This document shows positions 21,409-30,358 of a DNA stretch of 64,000 nucleotides, in pieces. Within the stretch, counting starts at the first letter, position 1, and each line of letters opens with the position of its first letter. Source of the stretch: Candidatus Latescibacterota bacterium (lineage in GTDB: Bacteria > Latescibacterota > UBA2968 > UBA8231); contig CBDETK010000013.1 of the NCBI GenBank assembly GCA_965242865.1, positions 3,456,001-3,520,000 on the forward strand, in the 5' to 3' direction. Position numbers and translations under genes: made by a program. The notes beneath the pieces were generated by a model that saw only the letters and a list, made by a program, of their open reading frames with translations, was not told the DNA's origin and made no database searches.

Positions 21409-22170
21409 ATGACCCAAGCCGCCGCCCAGACGTACGCCGAACAGGGCTTTCTCACGGGCCTTGACTTGTTCAGCCCTAGCGAGATCGATCACTTCCGGGC
21501 TTGCTTTGACGAGTTGGAAGCGCGCGAGGGCCGAGAACAGTGCCAGACCGGCCTTCAGGCCCGCCACTTCAATGAAGAATTCATCTGGCAGATGGCCACG
21601 GACCCGCGCGTCCTCAACGCCATGCAGGAGGTCATGGGCGCGGACATCATGCTGCTATCGACGCACTTTTTCTGCAAATATCCCGACCCAGAGGCCAAGC
21701 ACTTTGTGGCTTGGCATCAAGACGTCACCTATTGGGGCTTGCAGCCGCCCGAGGCCCACACCGCTTGGGTGGCTGTGGATGCCAGCGATGTGGAAAACGG
21801 CTGTATGCGGGTCATCCCCGGCTCGCACAAAAACGGCATTGCCACCCACGGCGAGTCGGCCAGAGCCGGCAACCTGCTCAGCATTAATCAGGAGATTCCC
21901 GACGAGCTCGTCGATGACAGCCACGCCGTCGATTTGGTGCTCGCGCCGGGCCAGATATCCATTCACGACGGGCAAATATTCCACGCCAGCAACCCCAATA
22001 CCTCCAAGCGCCGTCGCTGCGGGCTGACGCTGCGCTACGTGGCCCCCCACGTCGAGCAGGTCGAGCTCAACTCGCTGGGCACCAAGTATCCGACCATCTT
22101 GGTGCGCGGCGAGGATCGCTACGGTAACTTTCCCGAGCAACCCATGCCCTTTGCCCTTGCTGCTCGCTAG
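21409..22170 (+). CDS. Phytanoyl-CoA dioxygenase (PhyH) family 2OG-Fe(II) oxygenase
   Basis: WHQD, NGCMRVIPGSH, FHAS.PN.S..RR. Confidence 0.9.
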   Translation: MTQAAAQTYAEQGFLTGLDLFSPSEIDHFRACFDELEAREGREQCQTGLQARHFNEEFIWQMATDPRVLNAMQEVMGADIMLLSTHFFCKYPDPEAKHFVAWHQDVTYWGLQPPEAHTAWVAVDASDVENGCMRVIPGSHKNGIATHGESARAGNLLSINQEIPDELVDDSHAVDLVLAPGQISIHDGQIFHASNPNTSKRRRCGLTLRYVAPHVEQVELNSLGTKYPTILVRGEDRYGNFPEQPMPFALAAR

Positions 22171-22210
22171 TCCGCCCCGCCCTGCCATACCCATATAATA
22201 AGGAGACCCA

Positions 22211-22894
22211 ATGGCCCAGTACGACCGGATGGCCATCCTCAACGCCATATACGACACCGGTATCGTCCCGGTCTTTTACAACGAAGACCCGGAAACCACC
22301 ATGCGCATCGTTGAAGCCTGCGCCCGAGGGGGTGCCCGCTGCGCTGAGTTCACCAACCGCGGCGATTTGGCCTACCACGTCTTCACCGAGACCGTGCGCC
22401 ACGTGATGGCCGAAAAAATCGACATCATCATGGGCGTTGGCTCGATATGCGACGCGCCCACCGCAGCCCTCTATATTGCTAACGGTGCGAACTTCGTCGT
22501 CGGCCCCCTGCTCAACGAAGAGGTCGCCCGGCTGTGCAATCGCCGCAAAATTGCCTATTCGCCCGGCTGCGGCTCGGTCAGCGAGATCGGCCAAGCCGAG
22601 GAGCTGGGCGTCGAGATCGTCAAAGTATTCCCGGGCAGCGAAGTCGGCGGCCCGGCCTTCGTCCAATCCGTGCTCGGCCCCTGTCCGTGGACCCGCATCA
22701 TGCCCACCGGCGGCGTCGATGCCACCCGCGAAAGCCTAACCGCGTGGTTCGAGGCCGGCGTCGCCGCGGTCGGCGCCGGCTCCAAGCTGATCACCAAGGA
22801 ACTCGTCGCCGCCCAGGACTGGGACGGCTTAGCCGCCAAAGTCCGCCAGAGCGTCGATTGGATTCGGGAAATCCGCGCTGAGATGGCCGGCTAG
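22211..22894 (+). CDS. eda: KHG/KDPG aldolase
   Basis: EFTNRG, GVGSI.D, VKVFPG, MPTGGV. Confidence 0.85.
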   Translation: MAQYDRMAILNAIYDTGIVPVFYNEDPETTMRIVEACARGGARCAEFTNRGDLAYHVFTETVRHVMAEKIDIIMGVGSICDAPTAALYIANGANFVVGPLLNEEVARLCNRRKIAYSPGCGSVSEIGQAEELGVEIVKVFPGSEVGGPAFVQSVLGPCPWTRIMPTGGVDATRESLTAWFEAGVAAVGAGSKLITKELVAAQDWDGLAAKVRQSVDWIREIRAEMAG

Positions 22895-22940
22895 CCCGGC
22901 CGGGAGCTTCAGTAAAACGAACCCGCGTCGGCTTCCGACG

Positions 22941-24671
22941 ATGCTTACCAAACTCACCATCCGCAACTTCAAACGCTTCGGCGAAGTTGAGATCGAACTC
23001 GGGAGTCCGGTGGTCTTTATCGGCCCCAACAACTCCGGGAAGACCTCGGCCATGCAGGCGCTCGCCTTGTGGGACATCGGCCTCAAGCGCTGGAACGAGA
23101 AGCGATCCGGCAAGAGCACCTCGGAAAAACGCCCCGGCGTCACCGTCAACCGCCGCGATCTGGTGGCCATTCCGGTTCCAGACGCGAACCTCCTGTGGCG
23201 TGGCCTCCACGTGCGCGATGTGCGCCGGGTCAATGGCCAGCAGCGCACCAGCAATATCCGCATCGACATCATCGCAGAAGGCGTGACCAACGGCCAAGGC
23301 TGGACGTGTGGGCTGGAGTTCGACTACGCCAATGACGAATCGTTCTACTGCCGGCCGCTCCGGCGGTCTGACGCGGCCGAGCGCATGCCAGTGCCCGCCG
23401 CCGCTCAAAGCGTCCAGATCGCCTTCCTACCGCCCATGTCCGGGCTTACCGCTACAGAAACGCGCCTCGACGCCGGGGCCATCAATGTTCGGATCGGGGA
23501 GGGACGCACCGCCGAAGTGTTGCGCAACCTCTGTTTTCGGATTCGCGACCAAGACGAAGCCAAGTGGAACGAACTCGTCGAGCAGATTGAGAGCCTGTTT
23601 GGCTCGAAACTCCGTCCGCCGCGCTACATTGCCGAGCGCGGCGAGATCGCAATGACCTATCGCGAACAGGGCGCTGAACTCGACTTGTCGTCCGCCGGGC
23701 GGGGTCTGCAACAGACGCTGCTGCTGCTCGCCTATATGTACGCGAACCCCGGGGCTGTCTTGCTCCTAGACGAGCCCGACGCGCATCTAGAGATCCTTCG
23801 CCAGCGCCAGATCTACCGCCTGCTCACCGATGTGGCCAGTGCCAGCACCAGCCAGATCGTCGCGGCCAGTCACTCTGAAGTGCTGCTCAACGAAGCGGCG
23901 GGCCGGGACTTGGTCGTTGCCTTCGTCGGCCAACCGCACCGCATTGACGGTCGCGGCAGTCAGGTCTTAAAGGCACTCAGGGAGATCGGGTTTGAGCAGT
24001 ACTATCAGGCCGAACAGACCGGCTGGGTACTCTACCTAGAGGGTTCAACGGATCTAGCGATAATGCAGGCTTTTGCTCGGCGGCTACGACACGAGCGCGC
24101 GATCGAGGTACTCGAGCGGCCCTTCGTCAAATACGTGGGGAACCAGCTCCCGGCGGTTCAGAACCACTACCACGGCTTGCGAGAGGCCCTCCCCGCGCTG
24201 GGTGGAGTCGCCCTGTTTGACCGCCTTGAATCGGCCCCCCTCGATCTGTCCCCGGTCGAATGCCTAATCTGGGAACGCCGGGAGATCGAAAACTACATTT
24301 GCTCGCGGGCCACGCTTGAAGCGTACGCGGAGGCGACCGCGACGGATGCTGCGCCGGGCTCGCTGTTTACATCGGCTGAACAGGAAAAGCGTCTAGACGC
24401 GATGAGCCAAGCCATTGAGAGCGTAGAATCGGCCCTAAAGACGCTGGGCAAAGGGTCCCCTTGGAGCGCCGACATCAAAGTTAGCGATGATTTTCTGGTC
24501 CCGCTCTTCGAGTCCTACTTTGAGACGCTCGGCTTACCCAACCTGATGGCCAAGAAAAATTTCTACGAGTTGGCCGAGCACATCCCCGACCGCGAGATTG
24601 CTCCCGAGATTAGCGAGAAGCTGGACGCGATCGTGCGGATCGCAGCGCGCACGCCCCTTGCCGCAGACTAG
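22941..24671 (+). CDS. ABC-type ATPase with TOPRIM-like C-terminal domain (OLD-like ATP-dependent nuclease)
   Basis: IRNFKRF, GPNNSGKT, SSAGRG, LLLDEPDAHL, ASHS; then LYLEGSTD, LFDR, REIENY. Confidence 0.7.
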   Translation: MLTKLTIRNFKRFGEVEIELGSPVVFIGPNNSGKTSAMQALALWDIGLKRWNEKRSGKSTSEKRPGVTVNRRDLVAIPVPDANLLWRGLHVRDVRRVNGQQRTSNIRIDIIAEGVTNGQGWTCGLEFDYANDESFYCRPLRRSDAAERMPVPAAAQSVQIAFLPPMSGLTATETRLDAGAINVRIGEGRTAEVLRNLCFRIRDQDEAKWNELVEQIESLFGSKLRPPRYIAERGEIAMTYREQGAELDLSSAGRGLQQTLLLLAYMYANPGAVLLLDEPDAHLEILRQRQIYRLLTDVASASTSQIVAASHSEVLLNEAAGRDLVVAFVGQPHRIDGRGSQVLKALREIGFEQYYQAEQTGWVLYLEGSTDLAIMQAFARRLRHERAIEVLERPFVKYVGNQLPAVQNHYHGLREALPALGGVALFDRLESAPLDLSPVECLIWERREIENYICSRATLEAYAEATATDAAPGSLFTSAEQEKRLDAMSQAIESVESALKTLGKGSPWSADIKVSDDFLVPLFESYFETLGLPNLMAKKNFYELAEHIPDREIAPEISEKLDAIVRIAARTPLAAD

Positions 24672-24800
24672 ATTGGCGCTGTGTAGGCCCCATGGCTGCG
24701 ACGTGGTGATTGCGCGAGGATTGGCTATTGGCTATTGTATAGCCCTAACGGAGTTGCATCTGCTCAGTCAAAACAATCAAACCACAGGGAGGAGATTGGC

Positions 24801-26201
24801 ATGACTATAACGTCGAGAGGCGACGCATTGCGGGTAGGCGGATTCATCGCGGCCGGCGGCATCCTAATGGGGGCCACCGGAGCCTATGCCGCAGGCAGCG
24901 AAGAGCTACAATTCGTCTTCAACACCTTTTCGTTTCTTATCTGGGGTGCGCTCGTAATGTGGATGTGCGCGGGCTTTACCATGCTCGAAGCCGGTTCCGT
25001 CCGCACCAAGAACGCCTCCATGATCTGCCTCAAGAACGTCGGGCTTTATTCGATTGCCGGAATCACGTACTACTTGATCGGCTACAACCTCATGTACGTC
25101 GATGTGGGGGGCGGCTGGATTGGCACGCTCAAGTTTTTATACGGGCCTTCGGGCGAGGAGCTCACGCTGTTGAATGCGGGCGAAGCCGCCAAATCAGCCG
25201 CGGCCGCGGCCCTGATAAAGGGCCAGTCCTATGCCACCATGTCGGACTGGTTTTTTCAGATGGTCTTTGTGGCGACGACCGCTTCTATTGTATCGGGCAC
25301 GCTGGCTGAGCGAGTGAATTTGTGGGCGTTTTTTGTTTTTACGGCCGTGTTGACGATGATCATCTATCCCATCGTCGGGGCTTGGACTTGGGGCGGCGGC
25401 TGGCTCAGCGAAATGGGGTTTCAGGATTTCGCCGGCTCGACCATCGTCCATTCGACTGGGGGTTGGGCCGCACTCGCCGGGGCGCTCGTCGTCGGAGCGC
25501 GGTACGGAAAATTTCGCGCCGATGGCAGCGTCAAGAACACGCCGCCTTCCAATGTTCCCGCCGTGACGTTGGGCGTCTTCATTTTGTGGCTGGGGTGGTT
25601 CGGCTTCAACGGCGGCTCCCAACTCGCGCTGTCGAGCGCGACCGATGCGGTCGCCATGAGCCATGTCCTCGTGAATACCAACTTGGCCGCGGCGGCTGGC
25701 GTCATCGCTGCTCTCTTCTTGTCGCGGCCCCTCCTAGGACGCATCGATTTGGTCGCCGTTCTCAACGGCGCACTCGCCGGTCTCGTCTCCATTACGGCCG
25801 GCCCCGATATCGTCGATCACTACTGGGCCCTCGTAATCGGTGCTGTCGGTAGCGTGTTGTGCGTCGGCGGGATGCGGTTCTTGGAGGTCGTTAAGCTAGA
25901 CGACATAGTAGGGGCGATTCCGGTCCACCTGTTCGCCGGCATCTGGGGGACCCTGGCGGTCTGCATTGCAGCCGGTGGCAATTTCGGCGTCCAGCTCATC
26001 GGGGTGCTGGCGATAGGCGCGTTCGCGTTTGTGGCTTCGTGGATCTCGTGGTTAGTTCTGGGCAAGATAATCGGCGTGCGGGTGTCGCAGAGCGTTGAAG
26101 AGCTCGGCCAAGATACCGCAGAGCTCGGAATCGAAGCGTATTCCGAGTTTATGCTCATGCCCGATCAGGATGACGTCGACCAAATTCGGAACAATTCATA
26201 A
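24801..26201 (+). CDS. amt: Ammonium transporter (Amt family)
   Basis: FFQMVF, DFAGSTIVH, GWFGFNGGS, DDIVGAIPVH (twin His retained); RBS GGAGGAG. Confidence 0.95.
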   Translation: MTITSRGDALRVGGFIAAGGILMGATGAYAAGSEELQFVFNTFSFLIWGALVMWMCAGFTMLEAGSVRTKNASMICLKNVGLYSIAGITYYLIGYNLMYVDVGGGWIGTLKFLYGPSGEELTLLNAGEAAKSAAAAALIKGQSYATMSDWFFQMVFVATTASIVSGTLAERVNLWAFFVFTAVLTMIIYPIVGAWTWGGGWLSEMGFQDFAGSTIVHSTGGWAALAGALVVGARYGKFRADGSVKNTPPSNVPAVTLGVFILWLGWFGFNGGSQLALSSATDAVAMSHVLVNTNLAAAAGVIAALFLSRPLLGRIDLVAVLNGALAGLVSITAGPDIVDHYWALVIGAVGSVLCVGGMRFLEVVKLDDIVGAIPVHLFAGIWGTLAVCIAAGGNFGVQLIGVLAIGAFAFVASWISWLVLGKIIGVRVSQSVEELGQDTAELGIEAYSEFMLMPDQDDVDQIRNNS

Positions 26202-26251
26202 CCGGCCAAAAACCGGTACCCACCATTTAATTTAGAAAGGCAGGAGTTCGA

Positions 26252-26581
26252 GTGAACACCGAACAGAAGGAAGGCGTATTAATCGCCAAGCCCGAAGGCC
26301 GCATTGACGGGGTCAATGCCCGCGATTTTCACGAAGCCTTAACCAAGGCGATCGGCGCGGACAGCAGCCCGGTGCTCGTCGATTTGGCGGCCATCAACTA
26401 CATCAGCAGTGCGGGCCTGCGGACGTTTCTGCTGGTTGCTAAAACGCTCCAACAGCGCAGCGCTCAGTTCGCGCTGTGCTCGCTTTCGGATCCGATCCGG
26501 GAAATTTTCGAAATCAGCGGTTTTGACAAGATCATTGCGATCCACCCCTCCGAAGACGAGGCCCTCGCCGCCCTGTCGTAA
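26252..26581 (+). CDS. STAS-domain anti-sigma factor antagonist (RsbV/SpoIIAA-like)
   Basis: GRID, VDL...YISSAGLR (phosphoacceptor Ser motif), IFEISGF. Confidence 0.92.
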   Translation: MNTEQKEGVLIAKPEGRIDGVNARDFHEALTKAIGADSSPVLVDLAAINYISSAGLRTFLLVAKTLQQRSAQFALCSLSDPIREIFEISGFDKIIAIHPSEDEALAALS

Positions 26582-26586
26582 CGCAA

Positions 26587-28773
26587 CTAAACTGAAGCGG
26601 GGGGAGCCGCCTCGTCTGAATCGGCGGCGGCTGATTGCAGGGCCATCGGCCGCACCGTGGGTAGCTCGATAGTCATCTCGGTAAATTCTCCCGGCTCGGA
26701 GTGAACCTTGATGGCCCCCCCGTGTTCGCGCACGATGTCGTTGGACAGCGCGAGCCCAAGCCCGGTTCCCTGATCGGTCGGCTTCGTCGTAAAGAACGGG
26801 TTGAAGATCTTATCGACGACCTCCGGCGGGATCCCGTTCCCATTGTCGCGAATGCGGACTTCGACTTGGTCGGGCATTCGCCGGGAGCTGATCCACAGCG
26901 TGGGTACGTAGTCGGATGGCGTCTCTGGCGAGTGGCGCTTCTCGTTGGTGGCGTAGCAGGCATTGCTCACCATGTTCAAAAAGACGCGGGCCAAGTCCTG
27001 CGGGACCACCTCTAACTCCCCGACCTCCTCGCTTAAATCCTCCTTGATGTCGAGCTGAAAATCCGAATTGGTCGCTCGGGCGCTGTGGAACGCGAGGCGG
27101 GTGTGTTCGTCGAGCAGGGCGTTGATCGCGGCGAATTGTGCATCGCCCGACCCGCGCCCCATCTGCAGCATGTCGCGGACAATGCGGTTGGCGCGCTCGC
27201 CGTGTTCGCGGATGCGCCCGAGATTATCGGTCAAGTCGCCGTTGATCTCGTTGATTAGCTCGCGCTGCTCTTCGTCTAGTTTCTGGCCGTCTTGCTCTAT
27301 AACCTCTTGCAATTCCTCCAACAGCTCCTCCGAGACCTCCGCAAAATTCTTCACGAAGTTCAGGGGATTCTGGATTTCGTGTGCCACGCCCGCGGTGAGC
27401 TCGCCCAATGCGGCTAGTTTTTCGCGCATGACGATTTGATCCTGTGCTTGCTGTAGATCTTCGAGCACATTTTCGAGCGTGGCGTTTTTCTCTTCCAAGT
27501 CGGCGGCCAGCTTTTCCACCAAGTTGAGCCGCTGAGCCTCCAAAGAGTTGCGGCGAAAAATTTCGAGGGCCACGGCCATGTCTGCGACCTCGTCGCGTCC
27601 GGTCATCTCGATCTTTGCCTCTAGGTCGCCGTCCGCCATGCGGCGCATTCGGTTCGACAAAAATTCGAGGCGGCGCAGCAGCACCCGACCGACGAACAGC
27701 CAAGCGATCAGAACCGCTCCGGCGATGCTGATCGCGTTGAGAGCGAGCAAAATTCTGCGGCCGGTGAAGATGGCTTGGGTGGAGGTTTGCGTGGCCTCTT
27801 GGGCACTCGTGCGGGCCGCATCCACTAGGCCCTCAACCTCGGCCACCAGTTCAACAGACAAATCGCGGTTGCGGTCGAGCAGTATCCGTTGCTGGTCGAC
27901 GATCTGGAGTTCCGAGGCACGGAGGGCAAAAATTTTCTCGTCCCCGCGGCCCAAGTCGAACAGGCGGTCAAAGGTCTGGCTAAGCGCGCTGTGCAAGGGG
28001 CCCTCGCCCAAGGTGGCGAGTTTCCGCTCAATTCCCTCGACTGTAGAATCGAAACGATCGCGCAAAGGCCCCAGCAGGCGCGCGTCCGACAAGTTGAACG
28101 TATTGGCCAGTTGCCGCATGGCCGTAGTAGCCCCTTCCTGCAATTCGGCTAGTGCGCGATAGCGAGAAAGTTCGGCCTCTGAAAGGTGCTGGACGCGGGG
28201 TGCGGGCGGTTCGCTGAGGGTGTGGTAGCCGGTCATTGCATAGAACAGCTGATCGTCGATGGCCGGAATCAAGATGCCGGTCAAATCACTTTGCAGGGTC
28301 TCTAGATTCTTGTGCAACCCGCGGCTGCGTGCGTTGAGCTCAAAGCGCTTGGCCACTGATTGCTCAATCGCCTTGATGTTGGCGATGAGGGTGTCGCCGT
28401 GGGCGCGAATCCGCGCGAACCGTTCCTCGGTCGCGCCCTGCTGGGTCAGGGCCGCCAATTGTTTCTTAAAGTCGTCCCGCTCGGAGACGACCTGGCCGGC
28501 CACCTCGGCAAACGCCATCGGGGTCTCGGCCGCTACCAAGCGCGGAGCGGCCGCTGCGAGGGAGCCGCTTTGCTGGGCGACCGCAAAAGCAGTGGCTATC
28601 TCCGGGACCGCCCGCTCGTTTACCTGACTTTGGGCCTCGCCGACTTGGTCGAAGGAAAACCAAGCCACCAAACTCGCGACCATGGTGAGAGCCGCGGCCG
28701 TGCCGATGCTCATGTAAAGTTGAAAGGCAATGCGGTGCCGGGCTGCGAACAGGCGTCTCAGGCGGGCGATCAT
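26587..28773 (-). CDS. Membrane sensor histidine kinase with TorS-like helical periplasmic domain and HAMP
   Basis: Two TMs around a ~300 aa helical periplasmic domain; HAMP (GRDEVADMA); H-box AGVAHEIQNPLNF; N, G1, F and G2 boxes. Confidence 0.88.
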   Translation of the reverse strand: MIARLRRLFAARHRIAFQLYMSIGTAAALTMVASLVAWFSFDQVGEAQSQVNERAVPEIATAFAVAQQSGSLAAAAPRLVAAETPMAFAEVAGQVVSERDDFKKQLAALTQQGATEERFARIRAHGDTLIANIKAIEQSVAKRFELNARSRGLHKNLETLQSDLTGILIPAIDDQLFYAMTGYHTLSEPPAPRVQHLSEAELSRYRALAELQEGATTAMRQLANTFNLSDARLLGPLRDRFDSTVEGIERKLATLGEGPLHSALSQTFDRLFDLGRGDEKIFALRASELQIVDQQRILLDRNRDLSVELVAEVEGLVDAARTSAQEATQTSTQAIFTGRRILLALNAISIAGAVLIAWLFVGRVLLRRLEFLSNRMRRMADGDLEAKIEMTGRDEVADMAVALEIFRRNSLEAQRLNLVEKLAADLEEKNATLENVLEDLQQAQDQIVMREKLAALGELTAGVAHEIQNPLNFVKNFAEVSEELLEELQEVIEQDGQKLDEEQRELINEINGDLTDNLGRIREHGERANRIVRDMLQMGRGSGDAQFAAINALLDEHTRLAFHSARATNSDFQLDIKEDLSEEVGELEVVPQDLARVFLNMVSNACYATNEKRHSPETPSDYVPTLWISSRRMPDQVEVRIRDNGNGIPPEVVDKIFNPFFTTKPTDQGTGLGLALSNDIVREHGGAIKVHSEPGEFTEMTIELPTVRPMALQSAAADSDEAAPPASV

Positions 28774-29939
28774 GGCTGGGTCGCGCCCTTCAAGGAGCGG
28801 ATGGGGCGGTATTCGCCATCGCGGTCGATCGCGGTGAGGAAGACCGCGTCCGAACCCTGATTATCGCCATCCCCGTAGCGGAGCTTGAAGCCCTCTAGAT
28901 TGATGACATCGGCGCGGCGCAAGTTGTCTAATAGGCAGGCGCGGCTGACCTCCCGGCCGCAGCGGTCGAGGGCGGCGATGGCCAAGCGGCCGGCTAGATA
29001 GCCCTCGAATGAGACAAAGCTCGGCTCGGCCTTTGGAGCGTAGGCTGCGAGCGCATGGCTGTACGAGCCGACGATGGCCGGCTCGGTGGCTGTTGGAAAG
29101 GGCACGACTTGCGAGACCAAAACCCCCGTGCCGGCGGGCCCGAGTTCCCGCGCCAATGCTTTGCTGCCCACGAATGAGATGGCCGCAAAGATGGGGTTGA
29201 AATCGGTCGCTTGGGCCCAAGCGATTAAGGTGGCGACCGGCTGATAGGTCCCGACCAAGATCACGGCTTGGGGTTGGCCGCTGCGCAGGTCGAGTAAGGC
29301 GGTTTTTACCGCCTTGGTGTTGCGCGGATACACGCCGACGGACACGAGGGATAGCTCGCGCCGCTCTAGCGCATGCCGCACGCCGCGAAACCCTTCCCGG
29401 CCAAAGGAGTCGTCTTGATACATTATGGCAATGCGTTTGATGCCCAAGTCGTCGGTTAGGCGGGCGACGATTTCCTCGGTTTCCTGATAGTAGGAGGCGC
29501 GCATGTTGACCACGCCGTGCCACTTGGGGTCGCGGAGAAAATTACTGCCCGTGAAGGGAGCGATGTAAGGGACGCCAGCGTCTTCGGCAATGGGAACGGC
29601 CGCACGCGAGGTGGGGGTGCCAACGGCGCCGATCAGCGCGAAAACCCGCTCGCCCCCGATGAGCTGGCGGGTGTTGTCAATGGCGGCTTCCGGTTCGTAC
29701 CCGTCGTCAAACGAAACCAATTCGAGCCGACGCCCGTGGACCCCGCCCTGCTCATTCACCTCCCAGAAGGCCGTCTGCATCCCGAGCCGCATGTTCCGGC
29801 CCAACTCCTGGGCTGGCCCGCTAAAGGCGGCCGATTGGCCAAAGAGGATACTCCGGTCGGAGACGCCGGGTTGCTCCTCGCCGCGCACAGCACCCGCCAC
29901 CAGCAACGCGACCGCACACAGAGCAAGCACGCGGTTCAA
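28770..29939 (-). CDS. Periplasmic ligand-binding protein (LIVBP/PBP1 family); no cognate permease nearby
   Basis: Signal peptide; GQSAAFSGP..LG, GGVHGR, DDGYEP, GAVGTPT, RASY, YQDDSFG. Confidence 0.88.
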   Translation of the reverse strand: MNRVLALCAVALLVAGAVRGEEQPGVSDRSILFGQSAAFSGPAQELGRNMRLGMQTAFWEVNEQGGVHGRRLELVSFDDGYEPEAAIDNTRQLIGGERVFALIGAVGTPTSRAAVPIAEDAGVPYIAPFTGSNFLRDPKWHGVVNMRASYYQETEEIVARLTDDLGIKRIAIMYQDDSFGREGFRGVRHALERRELSLVSVGVYPRNTKAVKTALLDLRSGQPQAVILVGTYQPVATLIAWAQATDFNPIFAAISFVGSKALARELGPAGTGVLVSQVVPFPTATEPAIVGSYSHALAAYAPKAEPSFVSFEGYLAGRLAIAALDRCGREVSRACLLDNLRRADVINLEGFKLRYGDGDNQGSDAVFLTAIDRDGEYRPIRSLKGATQP

Positions 29940-30358
29940 CTAGCCCTCCGCTTGACCAAGGTCAGGCAGTTTTTGTCCTGCTGTCGCTGGTAGTGAACTT
30001 CGTCCATCATGGTGCGCACGAGGTGGACGCCGAGGCCGCCCACGGTGCGGTCCTCAACGGCGGCTTCCACGTCTGGCTCGGGAGCGTCGCTGAGCGGGTT
30101 GAAGGCCTGGCCGTCGTCCTCGATCTCGATTGTGATCGCCTCGGCTTCTGAAGAGATGACGATCTTGATTTCGTGGACTTTGTCGTCGTCGTGCCCGTAC
30201 TCGACGATGTTGACCCCCAATTCCTCAATGGCCAGCCCAATCTGAAAGGTGACGTCTGGAGGCCAGTTCTCTTCCTCGGCCAGCTCCTCAATAGCGGCGT
30301 TGACTTTGCGTAGTTCGTCTAGATCAGTCGCCATGCAGAGCGATCGCTGGGCACTCAT
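29936..30358 (-). CDS. Anti-sigma factor / Ser kinase (RsbW-like HATPase)
   Basis: EELGVNIVEYG (N-box), EDDGQAFNP, GGLGVHLV. Confidence 0.9.
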   Translation of the reverse strand: MSAQRSLCMATDLDELRKVNAAIEELAEEENWPPDVTFQIGLAIEELGVNIVEYGHDDDKVHEIKIVISSEAEAITIEIEDDGQAFNPLSDAPEPDVEAAVEDRTVGGLGVHLVRTMMDEVHYQRQQDKNCLTLVKRRAS

